From: Pseudothioglobus sp. nBUS_23
GTDB lineage: Bacteria; Pseudomonadota; Gammaproteobacteria; PS1; Pseudothioglobaceae
Direction: 5' to 3'
DNA: 32,000 bases
Assembly (NCBI RefSeq): GCF_051201565.1
Contig: NZ_CP179200.1
Coordinates: forward strand, 1,080,001-1,112,000
In this document: positions 1-7,694 of the stretch, piece after piece
How the letters are laid out: every line of letters starts with the position of its first letter
How positions within the stretch are numbered: the stretch's first letter is position 1
Notes under the pieces: model-generated
Told to the model about the DNA's origin: nothing
Seen by the model: the letters and a program-made list of their open reading frames with translations, nothing else
Databases searched by the model: none
Position numbers and translations under genes: made by a program

Positions 1-892
1 TTGGTCTTTGAAGGGCATTGGCATCTACACCACCAGTTAATACCTTTCCTGAGGACGGGGCAACTGTATTGTAAGCTCTTGCTAAACGCGTAATTGAGTC
101 TAGCAAAATAATAACATCTTTGCCTTGTTCGGCTCTTCTTTTGGCCTTTTGAATAACGATTTCAGCTACTTGAACATGTCTCTTTGCTGGCTCATCAAAG
201 GTTGAAGAAATCACCTCACCGCGGACAGTTCTCTCCATTTCAGTAACCTCTTCGGGTCTTTCGTCAATCAAAAGAACAATGAGTTCACATTCAGGATGAT
301 TCACTGCAATTGATGATGCAATATTTTGCATGATCATCGTTTTTCCAGCTTTTGGAGGCGCAACAAGCAGCCCCCTTTGACCCTTGCCAAAAGGAGCAAC
401 TAAATCAATCACTCTGGCTGTAATATCCTCAGTACCTCCGTTTCCAAGCTCAAGACCTAGTCTTTGGTTTGGGTGCAGGGGTGTTAATGATGAAAAAGGT
501 ATGCGATTTCTTATATTTTCTGGTGAATCACCATTAACCTCAGAAACCTTTATCAGTGCAAAGTACTTTTCACCTTTTTTGGGTGCCCTAATTTTTCCAG
601 TTACCACGTCTCCAGTAGATAAATTAAAGCGCCTAATTTGATTTGGTGAAACATAAATATCATCTGGACCAGAAACATAAGAATCGTTTGAAGATCTCAA
701 AAAACCATACCCTTCTTGCAAAATATCTAAAACGCCATCACCAAGAACCTCCTCCTCATTGTCTGCTTTGTTTTTAAGGATTGCAAATATGAGCGTTTGT
801 TTTTTGGCTCTCGATATATTTTCAATACCAAGAGATTGTGCAAGATCAAGAAGCTCTGCTGGAGTTTTAACTTTTAATTCTGATAATTTCAT
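1..892 (-). CDS. rho: Transcription termination factor Rho (C-terminal end runs off the window)
   Basis: Absent from the ORF track because no stop codon lies in the window. Reverse-complement translation from the ATG at 892-890 reads [25 protein letters not shown]...[22 protein letters not shown]...[27 protein letters not shown]. This covers the Rho N-terminal domain, the Walker A motif PPKAGKT and the RecA-like core. trxA lies immediately upstream, as in E. coli. Confidence 0.93.
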   Translation of the reverse strand, partial: MKLSELKVKTPAELLDLAQSLGIENISRAKKQTLIFAILKNKADNEEEVLGDGVLDILQEGYGFLRSSNDSYVSGPDDIYVSPNQIRRFNLSTGDVVTGKIRAPKKGEKYFALIKVSEVNGDSPENIRNRIPFSSLTPLHPNQRLGLELGNGGTEDITARVIDLVAPFGKGQRGLLVAPPKAGKTMIMQNIASSIAVNHPECELIVLLIDERPEEVTEMERTVRGEVISSTFDEPAKRHVQVAEIVIQKAKRRAEQGKDVIILLDSITRLARAYNTVAPSSGKVLTGGVDANALQRP

Positions 893-1013
893 AGGGGTTT
901 GTTTGAGTTTTAGAAGATTTGGCTAAAAGCCTTATAATGGAACATACAATTGATATATATGTTTGTTTTGAGGAAAGTTTTTTTAAGTTATTGTTTTTTG
1001 GTAATTTTTTTTG

Positions 1014-1340
1014 TTAAATATTGGAATCTAAAAAAGCATTTAAGTTGGCTTTTGATAGAGCACCAACCTTAGTTGCTTGAACTGCACCATCTTTGAATAA
1101 AAGCATAGTTGGAATTCCTCTAATGCCATATTTTGGTGGTAGTTGAACATTTTCATCAACATTGACTTTAGCGATAGTAATCTTACCATCATACTCATCA
1201 GCAATCTCGTCGAGAATAGGAGCAAGAGCCTTGCATGGACCACACCATTCAGCCCAAAAATCAACTAATACCGGTTGAGAGGAATTTACAACATCAGCCT
1301 CAAAAGAGGCGTCACTGACTACTTTAATTTTGTCGTTCAT
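1014..1340 (-). CDS. trxA: Thioredoxin 1
   Basis: 108 aa with the literal WCGPC active site ([10 protein letters not shown]) and the typical thioredoxin C-terminal part ([14 protein letters not shown]). Confidence 0.95.
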   Translation of the reverse strand: MNDKIKVVSDASFEADVVNSSQPVLVDFWAEWCGPCKALAPILDEIADEYDGKITIAKVNVDENVQLPPKYGIRGIPTMLLFKDGAVQATKVGALSKANLNAFLDSNI

Positions 1341-1456
1341 GTGTTTAAAATGGAATTTTAATTAGAGTTGAAATAACTCGCGGCTTAATTATAACACTTC
1401 TTTTTATCTTTTCTTATATTTTATAAATATTTATTAAATATATTAAATATTTGCAT

Positions 1457-2446
1457 TTAAGCAATAAAGGCAAGTAATAAAGGAATAGTAATGAATGATA
1501 GCGCTACTTGGGTGGTCAGGATAGCCCTCATGAGTTGATGATCTGCTCTAAACTGTTGAGCTAATGAATATGACATGGCTGCAGTTGGAACCGATGCAAA
1601 AATTACCGCAACAACTATTTCAGTTTGACTCAAATCATAGTAACTTGCTAAGAAATAGACAACAACTGGAAGAATAATTAATTTAAGAGAATTTGAAATT
1701 ACTATGGGCACTACTTTTAATGTTAAGTCTCGCACTTTGATCTTTGCGCCAATAGTTAATAGCATTATTGGGAGTGCAGCTGAACCCAGAAGCTCGGTTG
1801 TATCAATAAGAACGCTCATTTTTTCTATGGGAAAAAGTGAAACCAATAATCCGGCAATCATTGCCAAAATGAATGGATTTTTAGCAATTTCTAAAAATAC
1901 GTTCGATATAGCTTTCTTCGTGTCTTTTTCTTCAGTCTTGTTAAGAGCCAAGACCATTGTAGTTATGATGATTATGTTAATAGTAGGCACATAAATAAAC
2001 ATAAAAAGTGAGGCTATTTTTAGACCTTCTGAGCCGTAAAAACTTCCAGCTATTGCAAGCGCAATAAAGGCATTCTGTCTCATTGAGCCCTGGAGAATTG
2101 AGGTCCACACTTCGGGAGTATATCTAAGCAACTTTCCAAAAAAAAATGATGAACAGAACGTGACTACAAATCCAGCAAATACAATAGCTGAATAGATGAA
2201 AAGCATTTCTGAAGATAGACTAACCTGGGATATAAAGTGGAATAGAAGAGCCGGAATTAAAACCCAGTAGCAGAGCTTATCATTTACCTCCCAAAAAGAG
2301 AGGTCAGGAACCCCAATTCTTCTGAGAATATTTCCTAATATAATCAGAAGAAATACTGGTGAAATTAATAAAAATATTTGGAAAAAATTTGAAAGCACTG
2401 AATTTAGTCTAAATGATTCAATTATTTTGACTATTAATCCAAGCAA
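1457..2446 (-). CDS. AEC (auxin efflux carrier) family membrane transporter
   Basis: 329 aa, strongly hydrophobic with about 10 predicted TM segments in two halves split by a charged loop (NKTEEKDTKK). The layout is AEC/PF03547-like. The TTG start at 2446 overlaps gltX by 29 nt. An in-frame GTG at 2398 would remove the overlap. Confidence 0.6.
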   Translation of the reverse strand: MLGLIVKIIESFRLNSVLSNFFQIFLLISPVFLLIILGNILRRIGVPDLSFWEVNDKLCYWVLIPALLFHFISQVSLSSEMLFIYSAIVFAGFVVTFCSSFFFGKLLRYTPEVWTSILQGSMRQNAFIALAIAGSFYGSEGLKIASLFMFIYVPTINIIIITTMVLALNKTEEKDTKKAISNVFLEIAKNPFILAMIAGLLVSLFPIEKMSVLIDTTELLGSAALPIMLLTIGAKIKVRDLTLKVVPIVISNSLKLIILPVVVYFLASYYDLSQTEIVVAVIFASVPTAAMSYSLAQQFRADHQLMRAILTTQVALSFITIPLLLAFIA

Positions 2447-3806
2447 TCGCTTTTTTTAATCGGGCTAAAGTTCTTTTCTTTCCCACAAATTGTGCGCTTT
2501 TATCAATACTTCCAGACTTTCCATCGCCACTAAGGGTGAGTCTAAAGGGCTGCCCAACCTTACCAAAACCGATATTCCTTTCATCGCAGATTGATTCAAT
2601 TATAGAATGGATATTGTTAGCACTCCAATCATTTAGCTCACTGAGATGACTCAGTAAATCCTCTAAAAAATCTTTTGCGTTCAGTGAGAAAGTTTTATTG
2701 GCTTGAAGCTCGTCAAAATCATCAAAGTCTTTATAAAACATAACGCAGCTTCTAGATAAATCCAATAAAGATTGAGACCTTTCTCGTAAAAAATCAACGA
2801 GCTCATCAATTTTAGGTCCATCATCTAAGTTTACTTCTAGGCGCTCAAGATGCCAATTCAAGTGTTTAATTAGATCACTTGGAGCGCATGTTTTAATATA
2901 ATTTTGGTTTATCCATTCGAGCTTCTCTTGATTAAAGCTTGCAGGAGAGCTATTAATATTTTTAAGCTCAAAAAGCTCAATCATCTCGTCAATTGAAAAG
3001 ATCTCCTGATCCCCATGCGACCATCCAAGCCGAACAAGATAATTCAAAAGTGCGTCAGGCAAAAATCCTTCATCTCTATAAGACAAAAGATTAAGTGCGC
3101 CATGCCTTTTTGATAAGCGTGATCCGTCTGAACCTAGAATCATTGGAACGTGAGCAAATTTAGGCACACTCCATCCTAGAGCCTCATACAGGTTGATTTG
3201 TTTCGGAGTATTGTTAATGTGGTCATCACCCCTTATGACGCATTCTATTTGCATATCATGGTCATCAACAACGACAGTTAGATTGTAGGTTGGCGTTCCA
3301 TCTGACCTTGATATAATTAAATCATCCAGTTCTGAATTGGCAATAATAACCTCACCTTTGACGAAATCATTAAAAATAACGGATCCATCATCAGGGTTAC
3401 GAAATCGAACGACCCCATTTTCTAGAGACTTTTCTCGACAACAGCCATCATATTTAGGTTTCTCTTTGTTTTCAATTTGAGTCTCTCTCATTGAATCCAG
3501 ACGCTCTTTTGAGCAGTCACAGTAATAAGCCTGGCCACTTGAAAGCAGCTCTTGAATAACTTCATTGTATCTTCCAAATCGATCACTTTGATATATAGGT
3601 CCCTCGTCATAGTCCAGACCAAGCCATTCCAGTCCATCCAGAATAGCCTCAACAGAAGCCTGAGTTGAACGCTCTCTATCAGTATCTTCAATTCTTAGAA
3701 CGAAATTACTCTTATTTTTTTTTGCCCATAGCCAAGCAAACAATGCCGTTCGAGCACCGCCAATATGTAAAAAACCAGTTGGGGAAGGAGCAAATCTTGA
3801 TTTCAT
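2418..3806 (-). CDS. gltX: Glutamyl-tRNA synthetase
   Basis: 462 aa. N-terminus is RFAPSPTGFLHIGGARTALF (class I HIGH region). A KMSKS-type loop LSKRHG is present. Overall GluRS architecture. Confidence 0.93.
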   Translation of the reverse strand: MKSRFAPSPTGFLHIGGARTALFAWLWAKKNKSNFVLRIEDTDRERSTQASVEAILDGLEWLGLDYDEGPIYQSDRFGRYNEVIQELLSSGQAYYCDCSKERLDSMRETQIENKEKPKYDGCCREKSLENGVVRFRNPDDGSVIFNDFVKGEVIIANSELDDLIISRSDGTPTYNLTVVVDDHDMQIECVIRGDDHINNTPKQINLYEALGWSVPKFAHVPMILGSDGSRLSKRHGALNLLSYRDEGFLPDALLNYLVRLGWSHGDQEIFSIDEMIELFELKNINSSPASFNQEKLEWINQNYIKTCAPSDLIKHLNWHLERLEVNLDDGPKIDELVDFLRERSQSLLDLSRSCVMFYKDFDDFDELQANKTFSLNAKDFLEDLLSHLSELNDWSANNIHSIIESICDERNIGFGKVGQPFRLTLSGDGKSGSIDKSAQFVGKKRTLARLKKAIAWINSQNN

Positions 3807-3902
3807 CTATTACTTTAAGTAGAAAAATTGAAAATTTATTTTGAAAGCTTGATTTAAATAATAGTTATTTAAAGTTCAATTAAATCACTCTCAATTTTAC
3901 AC

Positions 3903-3911
3903 TGTTATAAT
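3903..3911 (+). promoter_or_regulatory. Candidate extended -10 element (TGtTATAAT) for the DUF498-rodA transcription unit
   Basis: Perfect TGnTATAAT at 3903-3911, 34 nt upstream of the ATG at 3945. No good -35 hexamer. AT-rich background makes chance matches likely. Confidence 0.3.
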
Positions 3912-3944
3912 GTTGAACCAACACTCAAATATGCATGCAAATTA

Positions 3945-4307
3945 ATGGAATTCACTCAGCAAAACGCGAATACAAATACCATTATTTCGATTGAGGAATC
4001 CTCTGTATCACTATCGCACACTAAATTAAATAGGCCTTGTTTTGTCTCCGCCACTACGTCTAATGAATTATCAAACATCAAGATCACAGAAATTGGAAAA
4101 GAGTTTTTATTTCCTCTGATTACGAAGGACTCAGTAGACTTATTAATAATAGGTACCGGCGCATCCCCAAAATTTCTCTCGCCCAAACAACAAATCGAGC
4201 TTTCAAGTATTGGTCTTGGCGTTGAGTGCATGAACAATACCTCAGCATGCTCTAGCTTCAATTTACTTCTTGGGGACTTAAGGAAAGTTGGATTACTGTT
4301 GATATGA
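3945..4307 (+). CDS. Mth938-like / DUF498 domain protein (NDUFAF3-like fold)
   Basis: 120 aa. The C-terminal half LLIIGTGASPKFLSPKQQIELSSIGLGVECMNNTSACSSFNLLLGDLRKVGLLLI matches the conserved core of the Mth938/DUF498 family as I recall it. The stop overlaps the rodA start (ATGA at 4304). Confidence 0.6.
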   Translation: MEFTQQNANTNTIISIEESSVSLSHTKLNRPCFVSATTSNELSNIKITEIGKEFLFPLITKDSVDLLIIGTGASPKFLSPKQQIELSSIGLGVECMNNTSACSSFNLLLGDLRKVGLLLI

Positions 4308-5440
4308 TTTCATTTTTATTAAAAAAGCTCATACTTTTTTATAAATTTTTTAAGATCGACACGCCACTTTTAATCCTTCTAATTTTGCTTTCATCGCTCG
4401 GCCTGTTAATTTTATACAGCAGCTCAGGTGGATCACTCAATCTAGTTTACCGGCAAATGATTCATCTTGGATTGGCGACCTCAGTCATGCTCATAATAGC
4501 CCAAATCCCGCCCATCATTATGCTCCGAGTCTCGCCTATACTTATGATTCTTGGAGTCGTTCTATTAATCCTAGTCCTATTTTTTGGGAGCTCTGGCGGT
4601 GGCGCCCAAAGATGGTTAGATTTGGGTTTGGTAAGATTTCAGCCATCCGAATTAATGAAAATTATAGTACCCATGACAATTGCGGCTATCCTTAGTGAGA
4701 AAACGCTTCCTCCAAGAGCGTTTCCGGTAATCATTTCACTCGTAACGATAGGCACTGTCGTTCTTCTTATAGCGAGACAACCTGACCTCGGCACCTCATT
4801 GTTAATTGGCGCTTCAGGAGTCTATGTTTTATTCTTTTCTGGATTTAGGGTGATGCTTGTAAAAAATATTTGGCTTAATCTTATTATTTTGATAAGCACC
4901 CTTGCTGGCTTACTCTATTTTGCGTGGAACTATTTGTTGATTGCTTATCAAAAAAGACGCATTCTGACTCTGTTTAACCCAGAGTCTGATCCACTTGGAT
5001 CTGGCTACCATATCATTCAATCAAAAATTGCTATCGGATCTGGAGGGTTTACTGGAAAGGGAATCGTTAGAGGGTCTCAGTCGCAACTTGATTTTGTGCC
5101 AGAGCAGTCAACTGACTTCATTTTCTCAGTTTTAGCTGAAGAGCTAGGATTCATGGGATTCATATTACTTGTTATCATTTATGCGCTCATTATTTATAGA
5201 TGCATGAGCCTATCGCTTCGATGTGAAGACAATTTTTCTAGACTTCTAGGGGCAAGCCTCACCTTTGTGTTTTTTACCTACATTTTTGTAAATATAGGCA
5301 TGGTGTCGGGTTTATTGCCTGTAGTCGGGGTTCCCTTACCTTTGATAAGCTACGGCGGCTCATCCTTAATAACCCTGATGGCTAGTTTTGGAATTATTAT
5401 GTCGATTCACAAGCACAAAAGTCCAAGATATTTACAGTAA
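4304..5440 (+). CDS. rodA: SEDS-family peptidoglycan glycosyltransferase RodA
   Basis: 378 aa polytopic membrane protein with FtsW/RodA/SpoVE hallmarks (RWLDLG..FQPSELMK, QPDLGT, PEQSTDFIFS, GLLPVVGVPLPLISYGGSS). dacA lies downstream, as in enterobacterial mrd clusters. Confidence 0.88.
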   Translation: MISFLLKKLILFYKFFKIDTPLLILLILLSSLGLLILYSSSGGSLNLVYRQMIHLGLATSVMLIIAQIPPIIMLRVSPILMILGVVLLILVLFFGSSGGGAQRWLDLGLVRFQPSELMKIIVPMTIAAILSEKTLPPRAFPVIISLVTIGTVVLLIARQPDLGTSLLIGASGVYVLFFSGFRVMLVKNIWLNLIILISTLAGLLYFAWNYLLIAYQKRRILTLFNPESDPLGSGYHIIQSKIAIGSGGFTGKGIVRGSQSQLDFVPEQSTDFIFSVLAEELGFMGFILLVIIYALIIYRCMSLSLRCEDNFSRLLGASLTFVFFTYIFVNIGMVSGLLPVVGVPLPLISYGGSSLITLMASFGIIMSIHKHKSPRYLQ

Positions 5441-5523
5441 CTCGTTATAATCAATCTGTAATTAGAATTTACAAAATTTATTGCCCTTTTATCATTACAA
5501 ACATTCTGGATAAATAATATTTC

Positions 5524-6666
5524 ATGAAAAAAAATATTCTTACTCTTTTTAATACATTTTTCTTAGTCCTTTTGTGCTCAAGTGTCAGCGCTGATGAGCC
5601 TCGATTCTATATTCCTGAATCTCCTCCAATTGCTGCAAAAGCCTACATCCTGATGGACCATAACTCGGGCAAAGTTCTGGCTGCTGAAAATGAAAATGAG
5701 AGAAGGTCTCCTGCCAGTTTGACAAAGATAATGACCTCTTATGTTGTTTTTAAGCGCCTTCAAGAGGACTTTATCTCTCTGGATGATGAGGTGAAAATAA
5801 GCGAAAAGGCTTGGAAAACTGGAGGCTCTAGAAGTTTTATTGAGGTTGGTAAAATGATCAAGCTTGAGGACTTATTAAAAGGCATGATCATTCAATCAGG
5901 GAACGATGCCTCTGTAGCCTTGGCTGAACATGTAGCCGGCTCAGAAGGAACATTCGTTCTGTTCATGAATGACTATGCCCAAGAAATTGGGATGACGAAT
6001 ACGCGCTTTGAAAATTCCTCAGGACTACCCCACAAAGACCAATACACAACTGCCAAAGATATGGCTCTACTCTCATCTGCCATCATTAAAGATTTCCCTA
6101 AGTTTTATGAGTGGTATGGCCAAAAAGAATTCACCTATAACAACATTAAGCAAATCAATCGAAACAAACTGCTATTTACCGATAGCACTGTTGACGGTCT
6201 AAAAACAGGATGGACAGAGAAAGCAGGGTACTGCCTTGCTACGAGTGCAAATCGTGTTGGCATGAGACTAGTATCCATTGTGCTAGGTTCTGCGAGCCCA
6301 GCGATAAGAACTGCTGAAACAGAAAAGCTGCTTGACTATGGTTTCCGCTTCTTTGAAACCCAATCTGTCAATGACATCTCTCATCAAGTTCCAGTATTCA
6401 AATCAAAGAAAGGTAATTTGAAAGTTGGAGTGGCTGACTCTAGCTACCTTACCCTTCCAAGAAATCAATTTAAATATACCACTCAAACTATAGAGTTGTC
6501 TGGTGACTTAATCGCTCCGATCAGTAGTGGTGATCAGGTAGGTACTCTCGCAATAAGTTTTAATGATGAGAATATTGCAACGCTTCCATTAATAGCTCTT
6601 GAAAATGCCGAGGAGGCAGGATTTGTATCTAAAATGATAGATACAGTCAAACTCATGTTTAGATAA
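5524..6666 (+). CDS. dacA: D-alanyl-D-alanine carboxypeptidase (PBP5/6 class)
   Basis: 380 aa with a signal peptide (LLCSSVSA|DE), the SxxK motif (SLTK), SxN (SGND), KTG (KTGWT) and a C-terminal amphipathic anchor. Confidence 0.88.
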   Translation: MKKNILTLFNTFFLVLLCSSVSADEPRFYIPESPPIAAKAYILMDHNSGKVLAAENENERRSPASLTKIMTSYVVFKRLQEDFISLDDEVKISEKAWKTGGSRSFIEVGKMIKLEDLLKGMIIQSGNDASVALAEHVAGSEGTFVLFMNDYAQEIGMTNTRFENSSGLPHKDQYTTAKDMALLSSAIIKDFPKFYEWYGQKEFTYNNIKQINRNKLLFTDSTVDGLKTGWTEKAGYCLATSANRVGMRLVSIVLGSASPAIRTAETEKLLDYGFRFFETQSVNDISHQVPVFKSKKGNLKVGVADSSYLTLPRNQFKYTTQTIELSGDLIAPISSGDQVGTLAISFNDENIATLPLIALENAEEAGFVSKMIDTVKLMFR

Positions 6667-6668
6667 TT

Positions 6669-7502
6669 TTGGTTTATTTAAACGGAAACTTTATAGAAAA
6701 AAACAAAGCTTATATATCAGTGATGGACCGGGGGTTTCTCTTTGGGGACGGTATATACGAAGTCTTTCCAGCTTATGACAGAATGATTATTGGACTAGAC
6801 TCTCACCTTAATCGTTTGCAAGATGGCCTTGATGCAATCAACATCAAGAATCCTCACAGCAAAGATGAATGGAAAAATCTAATAGATAAGATCATCTCAT
6901 TTGATTCGATTAATAAAAACCAAGCAGTCTATTTGCAAATTTCAAGAGGAAGTGATGAGAACAGAAAGCACACGTATGAAGAATTAAAACCTACAGTCTA
7001 TATACAATCAAGTGCCATTAAACAAAGAGATAAAAGCTCACTCCTTAATGGCATGTCCGCCATTACAAGAGAAGATATCAGGTGGCTTAAGAGCGACACT
7101 AAGGCTACATCACTCTTGGCGAACACGCTTTATGCACAGGAGGCAAAAAATAACGACGCTGAAGAGACCATTCTTTATAGAAATGGCATCATTACTGAGG
7201 CCTCTACTTCAAATGTATTTATCGCCAAAAATAACTGTATTTATACTCATCCAAAGGGACCAATTATTCTTCCAGGTATCACCAGAGAGAAAACCATTCT
7301 TTGTGCAAAAGCTAATCATATGAGTGTTGAAGAAACTCCATTTACAACGAGACAACTGATGGAAGCTGATGAAGTTTGGATTACTAGCTCAACAAGAGAA
7401 ATCATCCCAATCACGACTATTGACGGCATTCAAATTTCTAATGGATGCGCGGGTCCAATATGGTCAACGCTTTATGATGAATATCAATCCCTAAAGTCAT
7501 AA
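6669..7502 (+). CDS. dat: D-amino-acid (D-alanine) aminotransferase, fold-type IV PLP enzyme
   Basis: 277 aa, collinear with Bacillus Dat as I recall it: DRGFLFGDGIYEV; EDIRWLKSDTKATSLL versus Bacillus EDIRWLRCDIKSLNLL (catalytic Lys); TEASTSNVF; PGITRE; TSSTREIIP. TTG start 2 nt after the dacA stop. Confidence 0.75.
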   Translation: MVYLNGNFIEKNKAYISVMDRGFLFGDGIYEVFPAYDRMIIGLDSHLNRLQDGLDAINIKNPHSKDEWKNLIDKIISFDSINKNQAVYLQISRGSDENRKHTYEELKPTVYIQSSAIKQRDKSSLLNGMSAITREDIRWLKSDTKATSLLANTLYAQEAKNNDAEETILYRNGIITEASTSNVFIAKNNCIYTHPKGPIILPGITREKTILCAKANHMSVEETPFTTRQLMEADEVWITSSTREIIPITTIDGIQISNGCAGPIWSTLYDEYQSLKS

Positions 7503-7511
7503 AAAATCATA

Positions 7512-7541
7512 TTGAAACATTTAATATTAAATAATTAGAAT
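7512..7541 (+). promoter_or_regulatory. Candidate sigma70 promoter for ffs (TTGAAA - 18 nt - TAGAAT)
   Basis: Hexamers lie at 7512-7517 and 7536-7541. The predicted start is about 14 nt before the SRP RNA closing helix, consistent with a processed 5' leader. AT-rich context, so weak. Confidence 0.3.
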
Positions 7542-7562
7542 ATTCATTTCAAGTAAAATCTC

Positions 7563-7672
7563 GGTTAGTGTCGAGGGTAAACCGGCAATAAATGGTTATG
7601 AACCCCGCCAGGCCTGGAAGGGAGCAACGGTAATAATTTTTTTATGTGTTGGATTCTATTCTCGGCACTACC
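7563..7672 (+). ncRNA. ffs: Signal recognition particle RNA (4.5S RNA, small bacterial type)
   Basis: About 110 nt hairpin. The 5' end GGUUAGUGUCGAG pairs with the 3' end CUCGGCACUACC (12 bp, one bulged U). CCGGCA (7582-7587) pairs with UGUUGG (7646-7651). The apex CCAGGCCU-GGAA-GGGAGCAACGG matches the conserved domain IV motif (E. coli CCAGGUCAGGUCC-GGAA-GGAAGCAGCC) including the GGAA tetraloop. A T6 run follows at 7673-7678. It lies directly upstream of dnaX, a common position. Confidence 0.78.
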
Positions 7673-7694
7673 TTTTTTAATAATTTGATCACTG

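Noticed and set aside
1341-1456. AT-rich near-repeats (AAATATTTATTAAATATATTAAATATTT) upstream of trxA, considered as a repeat element or binding-site array.
   Set aside because: Low-complexity A/T sequence typical of promoter-proximal DNA in an AT-rich genome. There is no defined repeat unit and no second copy in the window.
3715-3723. A9 homopolymer (on the minus strand) inside gltX, in a K-K-N context like the dnaX tract.
   Set aside because: No biological precedent or rationale for recoding in gltX. It is kept as a negative control showing that such runs arise by chance in this genome.
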